In this document: in pieces, positions 46,767 to 55,149 of the stretch | Position numbering within the stretch: the stretch's first letter is position 1 | Layout: every line of letters starts with the position of its first letter | IMG/VR virus record: IMGVR_UViG_3300032267_000290 | Coordinates: 1-62,057 of that record | DNA: 62,057 bases | Strand: one strand, 5' to 3' | From: a virus | Taxonomy: Duplodnaviria; Caudoviricetes | Made by a program: the position numbers and the translations under genes | The notes under the pieces: generated by a model | Database searches by the model: none | What the model saw: only the letters and a program-made list of their open reading frames with translations | Told to the model about the DNA's origin: nothing

Positions 46767-46767
46767 C

Positions 46768-47208
46768 ATGGCTAATTTCCCAGACCTTAATGATGACGGT
46801 AAAGTAACCCGTGCTGACGTTTTAAAAGGGCGTGGCGTTTTTAAAAAGGGTGGCAAAGTGAAAAAAATGCGTAAATTTGCAGAAGGTGGTGATACAGGTT
46901 TTGAACCAAAATCAAGTGCATTAAAAATGATGTCTGAATATATGCGTTCTGAACCAAAAAGCGATTTAGACCAATTGCGTTCTAATATTAAATCAACTGG
47001 TCGTGGAATGGCATCAGCAGCAAAATCCGCAGCAGGGGCTACTCCAATGGCATCTGGTATGCGTATGGGTCTTAAAAGTGTTGGGAATATGGCTAAAGAT
47101 ATGCCTAAATCGTATGAAGAAGAAAAAGGCATGAAAAAAGGCGGTAAAGTTTCTTCTGCATCTAAGCGGGCTGATGGTATTGCCATTAGAGGCAAAACAC
47201 GTATATGA
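46768..47208 (+). CDS. Lys/Met-rich basic protein with EF-hand-like DLNDDGKVTRADVL
   Basis: GGAG RBS; RADGIAIRGKTR C-terminus. Confidence 0.7.
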   Translation: MANFPDLNDDGKVTRADVLKGRGVFKKGGKVKKMRKFAEGGDTGFEPKSSALKMMSEYMRSEPKSDLDQLRSNIKSTGRGMASAAKSAAGATPMASGMRMGLKSVGNMAKDMPKSYEEEKGMKKGGKVSSASKRADGIAIRGKTRI

Positions 47209-47477
47209 GACCTTCTCGTGGCATGGGTGCCATATCTCCTTCTAAAATGCCAAAGGCTAAAAAGAAAGCCCGCAGGGATGATACTGACTTTACGCAATAC
47301 AAAGAGGGCGGTAAGGTCAATGCTGCGGGTAATTACACTAAACCTAGTTTGCGTAAGCGGATTGTTTCTCAGGTAAAAGCAGCTGCAACACATGGTACTG
47401 GCGCAGGTCAATGGTCAGCTCGTAAAGCGCAGTTGGTAGCTAAAAAATATAAGGCGGCTGGCGGTGGCTATAAATGA
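47205..47477 (+). CDS. Basic protein (DUF5872 N-half-like)
   Basis: NYTKP.LR...GQWSARKAQL.AKKYKAAGGGY. Confidence 0.7.
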   Translation: MRPSRGMGAISPSKMPKAKKKARRDDTDFTQYKEGGKVNAAGNYTKPSLRKRIVSQVKAAATHGTGAGQWSARKAQLVAKKYKAAGGGYK

Positions 47478-47725
47478 GTGGTTTAGCAAAATCTCAGCGT
47501 TCTTTAAAGGCTTGGGGAGACCAGAAATGGACAACCAAGTCAGGGAAGAAGTCGTCCGAGACGGGGGAAAGATACCTGCCAAAAAAGGCAATCGAAGCCC
47601 TAAGCCCACAGGAGTACGCAGCAACAACACGAGCAAAACGGGCAGGAAAAGCACGGGGGCAGCAATTCGTGCCGCAGCCGTCAAAGGTAAAGCAAAAAGT
47701 AAAGCCGTATCGAAAGGTTAAATGA
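47474..47725 (+). CDS. Basic protein (DUF5872 C-half-like)
   Basis: QRSLKAW..QKW.T...ERYLPKKA...LS..EYAAT. Confidence 0.7.
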   Translation: MSGLAKSQRSLKAWGDQKWTTKSGKKSSETGERYLPKKAIEALSPQEYAATTRAKRAGKARGQQFVPQPSKVKQKVKPYRKVK

Positions 47726-47928
47726 TGAAAGACTTTATAGAGCGACAAATGGAAGTATCGGATCGTCTCTTTAAAGTTATGTTTGAAGATCATAAGGAAC
47801 GCATGAAAGAAATTGTCACATGGGCAGAAATGAACGCAGGACTCATGAGAAAATTACAGGAACGTGACGCTGAAATTGCCAAATTAAAAGCACAATTAAA
47901 TGACTACATCAGGAACGACAAACTTTAA
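47722..47928 (+). CDS. Hypothetical coiled-coil protein
   Basis: Coupled ORF. Confidence 0.55.
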   Translation: MMKDFIERQMEVSDRLFKVMFEDHKERMKEIVTWAEMNAGLMRKLQERDAEIAKLKAQLNDYIRNDKL

Positions 47929-48826
47929 TCTAGACCTCAATAACCTCATTGAAGAGGCATTTGAGCGTTGTGGTACGGAACTTCGTACGGGTTACGATAT
48001 GCGGACTGCCCGCAGGTCTTTGAACCTATTGACTGTAGAGTGGGCTAACCGTGGTATTAACCTCTGGACTATTGAGCAGGGGCAGGTTGCAATGGTTACT
48101 GGGCAAGGGATTTATCCTATTCCAGTTAATACAATTGACCTTTTAGACCATGTAGTTCGCCAGAATAACGGTGTTACTAGTAACCAGATTGACATCAACA
48201 TTACCCGTATTTCGGAGTCTACCTACTCTACAATCCCCAATAAGCTAACAACTGGGCGTCCTATTCAAGTCTGGTTTAACCGCCAATCAGGACAGTCTAA
48301 TACGACCGCTGTGACCTTAAACGGCACAATTAATGCTACGACCACATCTATTACCGTTAGTGATGCCAGCGCCCTTCCTATCGGTGGATTTATAAAGATT
48401 GATAACGAAACGATTAGTTATGCCAACGTAGTAGGGAATGTCCTAACAAACTGCTATCGTGGTCAGAACGGCACTACAGCTGCAAGTCATACGACAGGTG
48501 CAGCAATTACGATACAGAACCTTCCTTCCATTAATGTTTGGCCCACACCTGACGCTGGCGGTGGTCCATATACATTTGTGTATTGGAGGTTGCGTAGGAT
48601 TCAGGATGCTGGGTCTAATGGAACGGTAGAGCCTGATATTCCCTTTCGCTTACTACCTTGTATGGTGGCAGGATTGGCTTTCTATATGGCTCAAAAGCTA
48701 CCAGACGGACAGGCACGGGTGCAATTTTTAAAGCAAGAATACGAGGAGCAGTGGCTCATGGCTTCTACGGAGGACAGAGAGAAAGCCGCTTCTAGGTTCG
48801 TACCTAGGACGACATTCTATGCCTAA
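47900..48826 (+). CDS. Head-tail adaptor / tubular-A-like protein
   Basis: IEEAFERCG...ARRSLNL...WAN.G.NLW; P.R.LPC.VAGLA.Y. Confidence 0.7.
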   Translation: MTTSGTTNFNLDLNNLIEEAFERCGTELRTGYDMRTARRSLNLLTVEWANRGINLWTIEQGQVAMVTGQGIYPIPVNTIDLLDHVVRQNNGVTSNQIDINITRISESTYSTIPNKLTTGRPIQVWFNRQSGQSNTTAVTLNGTINATTTSITVSDASALPIGGFIKIDNETISYANVVGNVLTNCYRGQNGTTAASHTTGAAITIQNLPSINVWPTPDAGGGPYTFVYWRLRRIQDAGSNGTVEPDIPFRLLPCMVAGLAFYMAQKLPDGQARVQFLKQEYEEQWLMASTEDREKAASRFVPRTTFYA

Positions 48827-49241
48827 TAAGTACAGTAGTGGCAAATTTGCAATTGCCGAATGTGACCGATGCGGTCAGCGGTATAAGCTAAAGGAGCTTA
48901 AAAAGTTAATTGTTAAACAACAATTAAAGAATATTAAAGTGTGTCCTACCTGTTGGGATCCAGATCAACCGCAGTTGTCATTAGGTATGTATCCAGTTGA
49001 TGACCCACAGGCTGTACGGGAGCCACGCCCTGATGTAAGCTATACGGTATCTGGAACAAGTGGTTTGCAATTAAATGGATCTAACGACAATACGTTACAA
49101 GGTGTTGGTTATCCAGAGGGCGGTAGTAGAATATTTCAATGGGGATGGAACCCTGTTGGTGGTGCTAGAGATGACGGACTAACTCCTAATGATCTTGCCC
49201 CAAGCTGTTTGGTAGGAAGTGTAACGGTAACAACAACATAA
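48819..49241 (+). CDS. Zn-finger conserved phage protein
   Basis: CDRCG...VCPTCWDPDQPQL...DPQA...PRPD. Confidence 0.7.
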   Translation: MPNKYSSGKFAIAECDRCGQRYKLKELKKLIVKQQLKNIKVCPTCWDPDQPQLSLGMYPVDDPQAVREPRPDVSYTVSGTSGLQLNGSNDNTLQGVGYPEGGSRIFQWGWNPVGGARDDGLTPNDLAPSCLVGSVTVTTT

Positions 49242-49251
49242 GGAGTTGAAA

Positions 49252-49458
49252 ATGTTTAAGAAAGACGCAGACGGAGTAGCCAAAAAAGGCAAGACTGAAG
49301 GCAAAAATTTAGGTGACTCAGGTCCTACTGTTCTTGGTATGAAAGCCAAACCCAAGATGGGTGGTAAAAACCAAATGGACATGAAGAAAATGGGACGTAA
49401 TCTAGCCAAGGTTAAGAACCAAGGCATGATGCGTAAAAGTGCTGGAAGGGGTCGATAA
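49252..49458 (+). CDS. Lys/Met-rich basic protein
   Basis: AGGAG RBS; DADGVAKKGKTEG. Confidence 0.65.
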   Translation: MFKKDADGVAKKGKTEGKNLGDSGPTVLGMKAKPKMGGKNQMDMKKMGRNLAKVKNQGMMRKSAGRGR

Positions 49459-49727
49459 TGGCTAATTACTCTAAAAAAGTAATGGGTAAGGAAGTTGGAG
49501 ACGCTAAAGTCTATGCTCCTCCCCATACCATGAAAGGCAAGACAATCTCTGCCAAAGGCTTGTCTTCCAAAGGCATGACTGGCGCTCAAGATATGGCTAC
49601 TATGGACATTTCCGTTGATGGTATTAGCAAAAATCATGGTAAGGGCGTTAATACGTACGGCAAGATTGAGATGCGTGGTGCTGGTGCAGCAACTAAGGGT
49701 CGTATGTCTAGCGGGAAGATGGGATGA
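49458..49727 (+). CDS. Lys/Met-rich basic protein
   Basis: MRGAGAATKG motif. Confidence 0.65.
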   Translation: MANYSKKVMGKEVGDAKVYAPPHTMKGKTISAKGLSSKGMTGAQDMATMDISVDGISKNHGKGVNTYGKIEMRGAGAATKGRMSSGKMG

Positions 49728-50383
49728 ACTATACGCAGTTAACTGCCGCAATTAAAGGATTTGCTGAGAATGATTTCCCAGCAACAGTAGGCTCTTTTAC
49801 GTCTGCTGACCAGATTGCTAGGTTTGTCCAGCTTGCCGAGCAACGCATTTATAACACGGTGCAGATGCCTGCTTTCCGTAAGAACGTTACAGGATCTACA
49901 AGCAGCGGTAATAAGTATTTAGCAACCCCGTCTGATTGGCTGGCTACCTTTAGTCTTGCGGTGATTAATGCGGTGAATGAGTACCACTACCTACTTAACA
50001 AAGATGTTAACTTTATCCGTGAATCCTACCCAGACACGGATGCGGCTTTTTATGGAGAGCCTCAGTATTACGCTATTTTTGACAATAACACCTTTATATT
50101 AGGACCTACTCCAGACGCCAATTACGCTGTAGAACTTCATTATTTCTACTACCCAGCGTCTATTGTTACCGCAGGGACTTCCTGGCTTGGAGATAACTTT
50201 GATTCGGTATTGTTATATGGCGCTCTTATAGAAGCCGCTAACTTTATGAAGTCAGACGCTGATGCGGTTACTTTGTATAAAACAAGATATGACGCAGCCA
50301 TGGCAGATCTGAAACAATTAGGCGATGCTAAAGAACGTCAAGATGCCTACAGAAGTGGACAAGTGAGGTATCCAGTCAAATGA
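49724..50383 (+). CDS. Tail/adaptor structural protein
   Basis: MNY..L...FV..AEQRI...P.YYA...GPTPD..Y...LLYGAL.EA. Confidence 0.7.
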   Translation: MNYTQLTAAIKGFAENDFPATVGSFTSADQIARFVQLAEQRIYNTVQMPAFRKNVTGSTSSGNKYLATPSDWLATFSLAVINAVNEYHYLLNKDVNFIRESYPDTDAAFYGEPQYYAIFDNNTFILGPTPDANYAVELHYFYYPASIVTAGTSWLGDNFDSVLLYGALIEAANFMKSDADAVTLYKTRYDAAMADLKQLGDAKERQDAYRSGQVRYPVK

Positions 50384-50667
50384 TTAGCGTACAAGGGCTA
50401 GGCGAGTCTAGCGGGATTCAAGTAGCAACTAAAGACTTTGGCGGATTTACCCCAGAAGAGGTTGCTGAACGGGCATTAGATAGAATTATTCAGGTAGGGG
50501 ATCAGTCTCATCCTTTGGTTCGGGAGCAGGCGATTGCTTTTAGAAATCATATTCGGGAAATCCTAGTCTTTTACATGAATGAAGCGGTAAAATTTGATCG
50601 TGTAACACTAGCTCATAAGCTACGGGAAGCGGGTCATCCTGAACTAATTAAACTTTTAGAGGAGTAA
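50380..50667 (+). CDS. Conserved hypothetical protein
   Basis: G.TPEE.AE.A..RII.V. Confidence 0.65.
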   Translation: MISVQGLGESSGIQVATKDFGGFTPEEVAERALDRIIQVGDQSHPLVREQAIAFRNHIREILVFYMNEAVKFDRVTLAHKLREAGHPELIKLLEE

Positions 50668-50670
50668 ATC

Positions 50671-51108
50671 ATGGCATTTACAGGTAATTTCATGTGTACC
50701 AGCTTCAAAGTAGAGCTGATGCGAGCAGTTCATAACTTCACAACTGGCACAGGTAACACGTTTAAACTGGCTCTGTATGACAACTCAGCGTCATTCACGG
50801 CTGCGACTACTGCGTATACAGCCACAAACGAAGTAGCTGCTTCTGGTACTTATTCTGCTGGTGGTGGGACATTAACAAACGTAACTCCTACATCTTCTGG
50901 AACTACAGCGTTTACTGACTTTGCTGACTTATCGTTTACGTCTGCAACCATTACTGCATACGGAGCAATGATTTATAACGACTCAGCAGCTGGCGATCCT
51001 TCAGTTTGTATTCTAGACTTTGGTGGTGCTAAGACTTCCACAGCAGGTACGTTTACGATTATTTTCCCAACAGCAGACGCAAGCAACGCAATTATTCGTA
51101 TTGCCTAG
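50671..51108 (+). CDS. Tail-associated structural protein
   Basis: MCTSFKVEL...FKLALY...LDFGG.KTS..GTFTI.FP. Confidence 0.7.
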   Translation: MAFTGNFMCTSFKVELMRAVHNFTTGTGNTFKLALYDNSASFTAATTAYTATNEVAASGTYSAGGGTLTNVTPTSSGTTAFTDFADLSFTSATITAYGAMIYNDSAAGDPSVCILDFGGAKTSTAGTFTIIFPTADASNAIIRIA

Positions 51109-51117
51109 GAGCTTTAA

Positions 51118-53121
51118 ATGGCTCTCGTAGTTGCAGACCGTGTCTGGGAAACGACATCTACATCAGGTACTGGCACTCTTACATTAAGCGGTGCGGTATC
51201 TGGCTATCAAACCTTTGCCGCTATTGGCAACGGGAATACGACCTATTACACCATTACTAACGGAACGGCTTGGGAAGTTGGTCTTGGTACCTATACATCC
51301 TCTGGAACTACATTAAGCCGAGATACCGTTTTATCTTCTTCTTCTGGTGGTTCAAAGATTAATGTTACCCCAGGTAGCTTTGTATTTGTTGATTATCCCG
51401 CAAGCAAAGCAGTATATGAGGATGCAAGTGATAATGTTACTGGGTACTCTATTTCAGGTGGCTCAATCAACAACACTACTATCGGTGCTACTACCCCATC
51501 TACGGGCGTATTTACTACTGTAGACATTGCCACTAGCGGAACAGATGCAGAAATAGCCCCAAACACAGGCATTACTGGCTGGAATTACTCAGGTTTAAGT
51601 AAATCTATTACGGCTGAAGAAACTAACCCAACGGGATTATTTATTAGTTCTGATGGTGTAAATATGTATGTTAATGGTTCTACAGGTGACGATGTAAACC
51701 AATACACGCTTTCAACTGCATGGGATGTATCAACAGCAACTTTTGTAAGGTTGTTTTCTACTGCATCACAAGATTCTACTCCACAAGATGTGTTTTTTAA
51801 GCCTGATGGTTTGTCAATGTTTATTATGGGGGCAACAAATGATACTGTTTTTCAATATACATTATCTTCTGCCTTTGATATTTCTACTGCATCCTACGCC
51901 TCTAAATCGTTTAGCGTAACATCCCAAGAATCATCACCAACTGGTTTATGGTTTAAGCCTGATGGCACAGTAATGTATGTTATTGGAACAAGTTCTGACA
52001 CAGTATTTCAATACACTTTAGGAACGGCTTGGGATGTTTCTACGGCATCTTACGCAAGTATTTCATTTAGCGTTGCATCACAAGAATCAGCCCCATCACA
52101 AGTAAACCTAAGTGCCGATGGTTTAACCATGTGGATTCTTGGTTCTACTGGTGACGATATTTCCGAATATGCTCTTGGAACTGCATGGAATGTCAGTACA
52201 GCAACTTTTGTAAATAACTTTTATATTGGCTTTCAAGATACTGCCCCTACAGGTTTGTTTATTGATTCTACTGCCGCCAATCGTGTTTACATAGTTGGTC
52301 AAACAAATGACACAGTATTTCAATACAACACCGCAACAAACTCAATAAGTGCAGTAACCGATGTATTTAATACAACTAGCAACGCTAGGGTACAAGGTAA
52401 CTTAGCAGTACAGTCTAACGCTTATGTAGATGGTGCATTAACTGTTCAAGGAAATATTACTACTAGCGGTTCAACATCATTATCAACAACTACTGTTAGT
52501 GGTACGTTATCAGCTACAAGTACACTTAGCGGTACAAGTACAATAACATTAAGTGGTACAACATCAAGCACAACCACTCTTGGAACTTCAGCCACAACTG
52601 GAACAACCACTATTGGTGGTACTTCTCAAACTGGTGCAATTACTGTTGGTCAATCAACAGCCGCACAAACATTAAATTTAGGTACTGGTGCTACTGCTAA
52701 TGCAACAACAAAAACATTAAACATTGGTACGGCTGGTGTATCAGGCTCTACTACTGCTATCAACATTGGTTCTGCGGTATCAGGAGCAACTAGCACAACT
52801 ACCCTAAACGGATTAGTAATTGATAGTATTACTGCGGCTGTAAGTGCTGCTGGCACTACACAGGGAACTGCTACTGGATTAGTTTCTAATATCAATAATG
52901 TGACTGTAGTTACTGCTGCGGCTGCTGGAGTAAGACTGCCAACTGCGGTAGCTGGTATGCGTATCTTAATTAGAAACTCTGATAGTGCGGATACTTTAAG
53001 TATTTACCCAGCAACAGGCGGTACGATTAATGCTTTAGCGGCTAATGCTGCATTTACCTTAGCTGCTGGCTCAACTATTGAGTTAATGGCTACTACCACT
53101 ACTCAGTGGTATACATTCTAG
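51118..53121 (+). CDS. Tail fibre/appendage protein with beta-propeller repeats
   Basis: MAL...DRV.ET...GTG N-terminus; 4x QY.L..AWDVSTA blades. Confidence 0.75.
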   Translation: MALVVADRVWETTSTSGTGTLTLSGAVSGYQTFAAIGNGNTTYYTITNGTAWEVGLGTYTSSGTTLSRDTVLSSSSGGSKINVTPGSFVFVDYPASKAVYEDASDNVTGYSISGGSINNTTIGATTPSTGVFTTVDIATSGTDAEIAPNTGITGWNYSGLSKSITAEETNPTGLFISSDGVNMYVNGSTGDDVNQYTLSTAWDVSTATFVRLFSTASQDSTPQDVFFKPDGLSMFIMGATNDTVFQYTLSSAFDISTASYASKSFSVTSQESSPTGLWFKPDGTVMYVIGTSSDTVFQYTLGTAWDVSTASYASISFSVASQESAPSQVNLSADGLTMWILGSTGDDISEYALGTAWNVSTATFVNNFYIGFQDTAPTGLFIDSTAANRVYIVGQTNDTVFQYNTATNSISAVTDVFNTTSNARVQGNLAVQSNAYVDGALTVQGNITTSGSTSLSTTTVSGTLSATSTLSGTSTITLSGTTSSTTTLGTSATTGTTTIGGTSQTGAITVGQSTAAQTLNLGTGATANATTKTLNIGTAGVSGSTTAINIGSAVSGATSTTTLNGLVIDSITAAVSAAGTTQGTATGLVSNINNVTVVTAAAAGVRLPTAVAGMRILIRNSDSADTLSIYPATGGTINALAANAAFTLAAGSTIELMATTTTQWYTF

Positions 53122-53134
53122 ATGCTTAAATGAA

Positions 53135-53767
53135 ATGTTTGGTCATAACCCAATTGCCTCCAACCCGTTTTCATCAGCGGGAATATCACAACTTGTATTT
53201 CTTACAGGGGTATCAGGCACAGGGCAATTAGGTAGTGCAACTGTAACGGCAGATGCAAATGTATCTGTAACGGGTGTAAGTGGTACTGGTCAAGTAGGGT
53301 CTGTAACGAATACAGCCTCAGCTTCTGTAACGTTAACGGGTGTTTCTGGTACAGCTTTATTAGGTACTGCAACTGTTTTACCCAGTATTGAAGTTAACGT
53401 AACAGGCGTTTCTGGTACTGGAAATGTAGGTTCTGTAGTTGTTACACCGTCTGTAGAGGTCTTAGTTACGGGCGTAGCGGGTACGATACAACAGGGTAGC
53501 GTATCCATAACGGGTACGGCAGTCGTTAATTTAGTAGGTGTAGCGGGGACGGTACAGCTAGGAACGGTTGTTGTAGAGCCAGGAGTTCCTGTCCCAGTTA
53601 CAGGGTTACAGGCTACAGGTAGCGTTGGAAGCGTTGCTATTACTGGGACTTCTAATGTATTCCCAATAGGGGTACAGGGCGTAGGACAGGTTGGGCAAGT
53701 CTTGGTTTGGAGCGTTATTAATGACAACCAAAGCCCAGACTGGACAATAATTAGGACGGCTGCATGA
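53135..53767 (+). CDS. Gly/Val/Thr-repeat tail protein
   Basis: Repeated V.VTGV.GTG.VG.V units. Confidence 0.7.
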   Translation: MFGHNPIASNPFSSAGISQLVFLTGVSGTGQLGSATVTADANVSVTGVSGTGQVGSVTNTASASVTLTGVSGTALLGTATVLPSIEVNVTGVSGTGNVGSVVVTPSVEVLVTGVAGTIQQGSVSITGTAVVNLVGVAGTVQLGTVVVEPGVPVPVTGLQATGSVGSVAITGTSNVFPIGVQGVGQVGQVLVWSVINDNQSPDWTIIRTAA

Positions 53768-54129
53768 GCAATGTAAGCATAGCCCTAGGGGGATTTGGTA
53801 GTCAAGGCTGGGGTGATGCGGCTTGGGGATTTGGTAATGTATCCGTTGTTGCCACAGGATTTGTAGGATCTGTTTCTATAGTAGGTACAGGTAACGTCAA
53901 TGTTACAGGTTCACAGGCTTTAGGACAGGTAGGTAGCGTAACAGTAGGGGAGGGAATAGGAGTCTTTGTAGTGGGCGTTAGCTGTACGGCAAGCGTCACT
54001 TCGGTTTCTGTTTGGATTACGATAAATGATAACCAAACACCAAGCTGGGTACCTATAAATGACTCGCAATCTTCCCCTTGGAATGATATTATTGACACAC
54101 AATCGCCCAATTGGGCTGAGATAGCATAA
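53764..54129 (+). CDS. Gly/Val/Thr-repeat tail protein (paralog of the upstream gene)
   Basis: Same repeat; shared W..IND.Q.P.W C-terminus. Confidence 0.65.
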   Translation: MSNVSIALGGFGSQGWGDAAWGFGNVSVVATGFVGSVSIVGTGNVNVTGSQALGQVGSVTVGEGIGVFVVGVSCTASVTSVSVWITINDNQTPSWVPINDSQSSPWNDIIDTQSPNWAEIA

Positions 54130-54137
54130 GGATAATT

Positions 54138-55139
54138 ATGGCATCCACATATAGCGACCTAAAAATAGAGCTAATTGGTACTGGCGAACAGACTGGTACT
54201 TGGGGTACCACGACCAACAACAACTTTTCTATAGCCTTAAGCGAGGCTATTACAGGCTCGGCAGACGTAGCTTTTTCAAGTGCAGACGTCACTGTTACCC
54301 TAACAGATACAAATGCCTCCCAAACTGCCCGTAATCTGCGTTTAAACCTAACAGGCACTTCAGGCGGGGCAAGGCAATTAATCCTTGGTTCAGGCTGCCA
54401 GATTGAGAAATTATACTTAATAAACAACGGGTTAGCCGATGCCGTCACAGTTAAGAACACGTCAGGTACAGGCATAGCCGTTGCAGCTGGTAAGTCAATG
54501 TTTGTCTACAACAATGGTACTAACGTAGTAGACGCAGTTACTTATTTAACTTCTTTGACCCTTGGCACAGCCCTTCCAGTAGCTTCAGGCGGCTCTGGCG
54601 CAGCTACTCTAACTGGAGTCTTAAAAGGCAACGGCACTTCAGCGTTTACCGCAGCCACAGCAGGAACAGACTATGTAGCACCTGGAACTGCAACGACATT
54701 TACAGCCCTACAGACCTTTGCTGGTACGTCTTCTAACGCAGACCTCAAGACTTCTAATATTATTGAGACCGCCACAATATCAGCCACAGCAGCAACAGGC
54801 ACCATTAACTACGACATTACAACTCAGTCAGTCCTGTACTACACAACCAATGCGTCAGCAAACTGGACGGTCAACTTCCGTGGTTCATCGGGTACATCAC
54901 TTAATACTGTTATGGCTACAGGCGAGTCTATGTCTGTCACTTTCTTGGTTACTCAGGGTGCAACAGCTTATTACAACTCGGCAGTCCAAGTAGACGGCTC
55001 TTCAGTCACTCCTAAATGGCAAGGCGGTTCTGCCCCAACAAGTGGTAATGCCTCTTCTATTGATTCATATACTTACGTAATTATTAAAACGGGAAGCGCC
55101 GCATTTACCATAATCGCAGCTCAAACCAGATTTGCTTAA
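54138..55139 (+). CDS. Tail fibre proximal protein
   Basis: MASTYS.LKIELI.TGEQ.GTWG.TTN.N. Confidence 0.7.
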   Translation: MASTYSDLKIELIGTGEQTGTWGTTTNNNFSIALSEAITGSADVAFSSADVTVTLTDTNASQTARNLRLNLTGTSGGARQLILGSGCQIEKLYLINNGLADAVTVKNTSGTGIAVAAGKSMFVYNNGTNVVDAVTYLTSLTLGTALPVASGGSGAATLTGVLKGNGTSAFTAATAGTDYVAPGTATTFTALQTFAGTSSNADLKTSNIIETATISATAATGTINYDITTQSVLYYTTNASANWTVNFRGSSGTSLNTVMATGESMSVTFLVTQGATAYYNSAVQVDGSSVTPKWQGGSAPTSGNASSIDSYTYVIIKTGSAAFTIIAAQTRFA

Positions 55140-55149
55140 GGTCTCATAG

